The position numbers and the translations under genes are program-made. DNA of 53,174 nt from a virus. Taxonomy: Duplodnaviria > Heunggongvirae > Uroviricota > Caudoviricetes. The stretch covers positions 64,001-117,174 of IMG/VR virus record IMGVR_UViG_3300034022_000267; one strand, 5' to 3'. A model generated the notes under the pieces. The model was not told the DNA's origin. It made no database searches and saw nothing but the letters and a program-made list of their open reading frames with translations. This document shows, one piece after another, positions 51,611 through 53,174 of this stretch (within the stretch, counting starts at the first letter, position 1; each line of letters starts with the position of its first letter).

Positions 51611-53173
51611 TTAGAATTGTGGGATTTCCTCAATCAACACAGTTCTTGATAAATCTTCAATAAATACATCACATCTGTCTTTCATCCAGATTTCGTATCC
51701 TGGGAATTTGTTAGCACTTGACATACCTTGAGATTTAGCAAAACCTAAGTGATGACGAGTTCCATCAATATAACCCCAAGTCATAGAAGGAGCACCTTTC
51801 ATTCTCACTTCTCTAATGTTATTCACCATTGAACCATCAGACATTGGAGAAACATCAAACACCATAAATACAGGAGTGCTCTTTTTGTTTTGTCCAAACT
51901 CTAAGTTAGTTTGTGGTAAATCTAATTCTTTCAAGTGAATCAATTCAACTCTACCAGTCTCACGTGTTACCATTGCATCAAATGCAAAGTTGTAAGTGAT
52001 ATGTTGTCCTTCACCTTGCATAAATCTGTTTCCAGAATCAGCCATAAATGTAAGACCAGAATTCAATGCATCATTTTTCAAAGCTTGTTGGAATACATCG
52101 AATCCAGCTTCATTAGTATACATTTTTACACTTCTGTCTTTTACATCCACTCTTCTGTAGAAAAGATCACCAAATACAGAACGAATTAAGTTAGCAGAGA
52201 ATTCACCTCTGTTATATTGTACTAAGTTTCCATTATTACGCATTCTGTGATATACACCAGCAGACGTACGTTTAACTTCTTGTTTAGAACCACCAGATTT
52301 AACTGTACCTGGTTTAGCCCAAATCATACGTTTAACTTTCAATTCAATCATAGATTTACGCATCCAGAATTCGATGAACGGTTCCCATTTAACATCATTA
52401 CGTGTAAGTGGTAATTGGTTACGTCTTTGTGGAGCATATACCAAAATATCAAGAGGTTTACCAGAAGCATCTCTCATCATTTTGTCATCAGCCCATTCTG
52501 TGATTTTGTGCTCATAACCATATGCAGAACCTAAAGATTCAAACATTGTGATTTGCTCACCTAATCTTGGAAGACCTAATAAGTCTTGATCAAATTCACC
52601 AATAGCAGCATCAACTAATTCTAGTTCAATACCATACTGTAAGAATGTAGGATTAACAAAGTCAATAGTTGGATTATCAGTCACAAGAGTGAATGAATAA
52701 AGGTAACCCATGTTCCAAGGTAATGGATCTTTGATCACGTAGAAACGTGGACCGTACTGACGTGTACCTACAGAGATGATAGCGTTTTTAGAAAACTCAT
52801 TAGTATCTAATACTAATTGGAATTCTTGACCATCAATACCTGTTTTACCAGCATCGATTAAATCTTGTGTGGTAGAAGGAATGTCAATAATTTTTGGGAA
52901 CTTGTAAGGAACAGCTACTTGCCATTTCCACGCATCACTATTATTATCAATATAATAAGGTGTGCTTTTGTTGATCATGTCTAAGAAGTCATTGCTATAC
53001 AATGAGCTCTGTGTGTAAAGACTGATGATTTTTTTATCATAGTCTGCAGGCTCAGTAGAGTGAAAACTCTCTAAGTGGTTAGAGTCTGTTAGTTTCCCTA
53101 CTGCACGTTTGTCCATAGACGCTACACGAGCATAAGTAAAACCAGTTAACCCAGGAATTGTTTGAATTGCCAT
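51611..53173 (-). CDS. Major capsid protein (crAss-like, HK97 fold)
   Basis: 520 aa at the head of the structural operon, with crAss-like MCP features (DSNHL, WKWQV, SGGSK..SAGVYHRM..GN..YN, LYTNEAG-like MYTNEAGF, HLKELD, WMKDRC.VF.ED..R). The start lies at the window edge and could be further upstream. Confidence 0.85.
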   Translation of the reverse strand: MAIQTIPGLTGFTYARVASMDKRAVGKLTDSNHLESFHSTEPADYDKKIISLYTQSSLYSNDFLDMINKSTPYYIDNNSDAWKWQVAVPYKFPKIIDIPSTTQDLIDAGKTGIDGQEFQLVLDTNEFSKNAIISVGTRQYGPRFYVIKDPLPWNMGYLYSFTLVTDNPTIDFVNPTFLQYGIELELVDAAIGEFDQDLLGLPRLGEQITMFESLGSAYGYEHKITEWADDKMMRDASGKPLDILVYAPQRRNQLPLTRNDVKWEPFIEFWMRKSMIELKVKRMIWAKPGTVKSGGSKQEVKRTSAGVYHRMRNNGNLVQYNRGEFSANLIRSVFGDLFYRRVDVKDRSVKMYTNEAGFDVFQQALKNDALNSGLTFMADSGNRFMQGEGQHITYNFAFDAMVTRETGRVELIHLKELDLPQTNLEFGQNKKSTPVFMVFDVSPMSDGSMVNNIREVRMKGAPSMTWGYIDGTRHHLGFAKSQGMSSANKFPGYEIWMKDRCDVFIEDLSRTVLIEEIPQF

Positions 53174-53174
53174 T

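Noticed and set aside
824-52189. Plus-strand ORFs in the six-frame track (e.g. 5930-6361, 11718-12155, 21417-21872, 46325-46789, 50537-50866)
   Set aside because: All lie antisense to long, motif-bearing minus-strand genes. They read as reverse-complement shadows (poly-Val from Thr tracts, Ser/Leu/Phe-rich) and have no recognisable motifs or promoters.

Overview
The window is an AT-rich, almost fully coding segment of a crAss-like (Crassvirales-type) phage genome infecting a Bacteroidota host, and all credible genes lie on the minus strand. In transcription order (right to left) it holds: major capsid protein; a 250-nt multi-hairpin intergenic element; conserved head/tail genes (gene-75-like protein, ring proteins, auxiliary capsid protein, tail hub-like proteins); a block of Cys-rich, poly-Thr-linked fibre/decoration genes; a metallophosphoesterase and a GIY-YIG endonuclease; ring/IHF-like/ring genes; an apparently split muzzle (tail stabilisation) gene; an HNH endonuclease; three cargo/ejection proteins; a 4289-aa virion RNA polymerase polyprotein (DFDID motif, two HExxH motifs); a 1629-aa cargo protein with a PD-(D/E)xK nuclease; a lysis cassette (holin-like, GH24 lysozyme, u-spanin-like); and tail fibre/adhesin genes, including three paralogs sharing an N-terminal QIGWS module. 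Terminase, portal and replication genes are not in the window. The standard genetic code fits. Family assignments come from motif recognition and recalled crAss-like gene order, not from database searches. The best leads are: a 9-residue GG repeat punctuating the cargo proteins; the structured RNA after the capsid gene with an anti-Shine-Dalgarno-like loop; a modular anchor/Thr-stalk/Cys-domain decoration kit; the split muzzle gene; and an 18-bp motif phased upstream of three host-type promoters.
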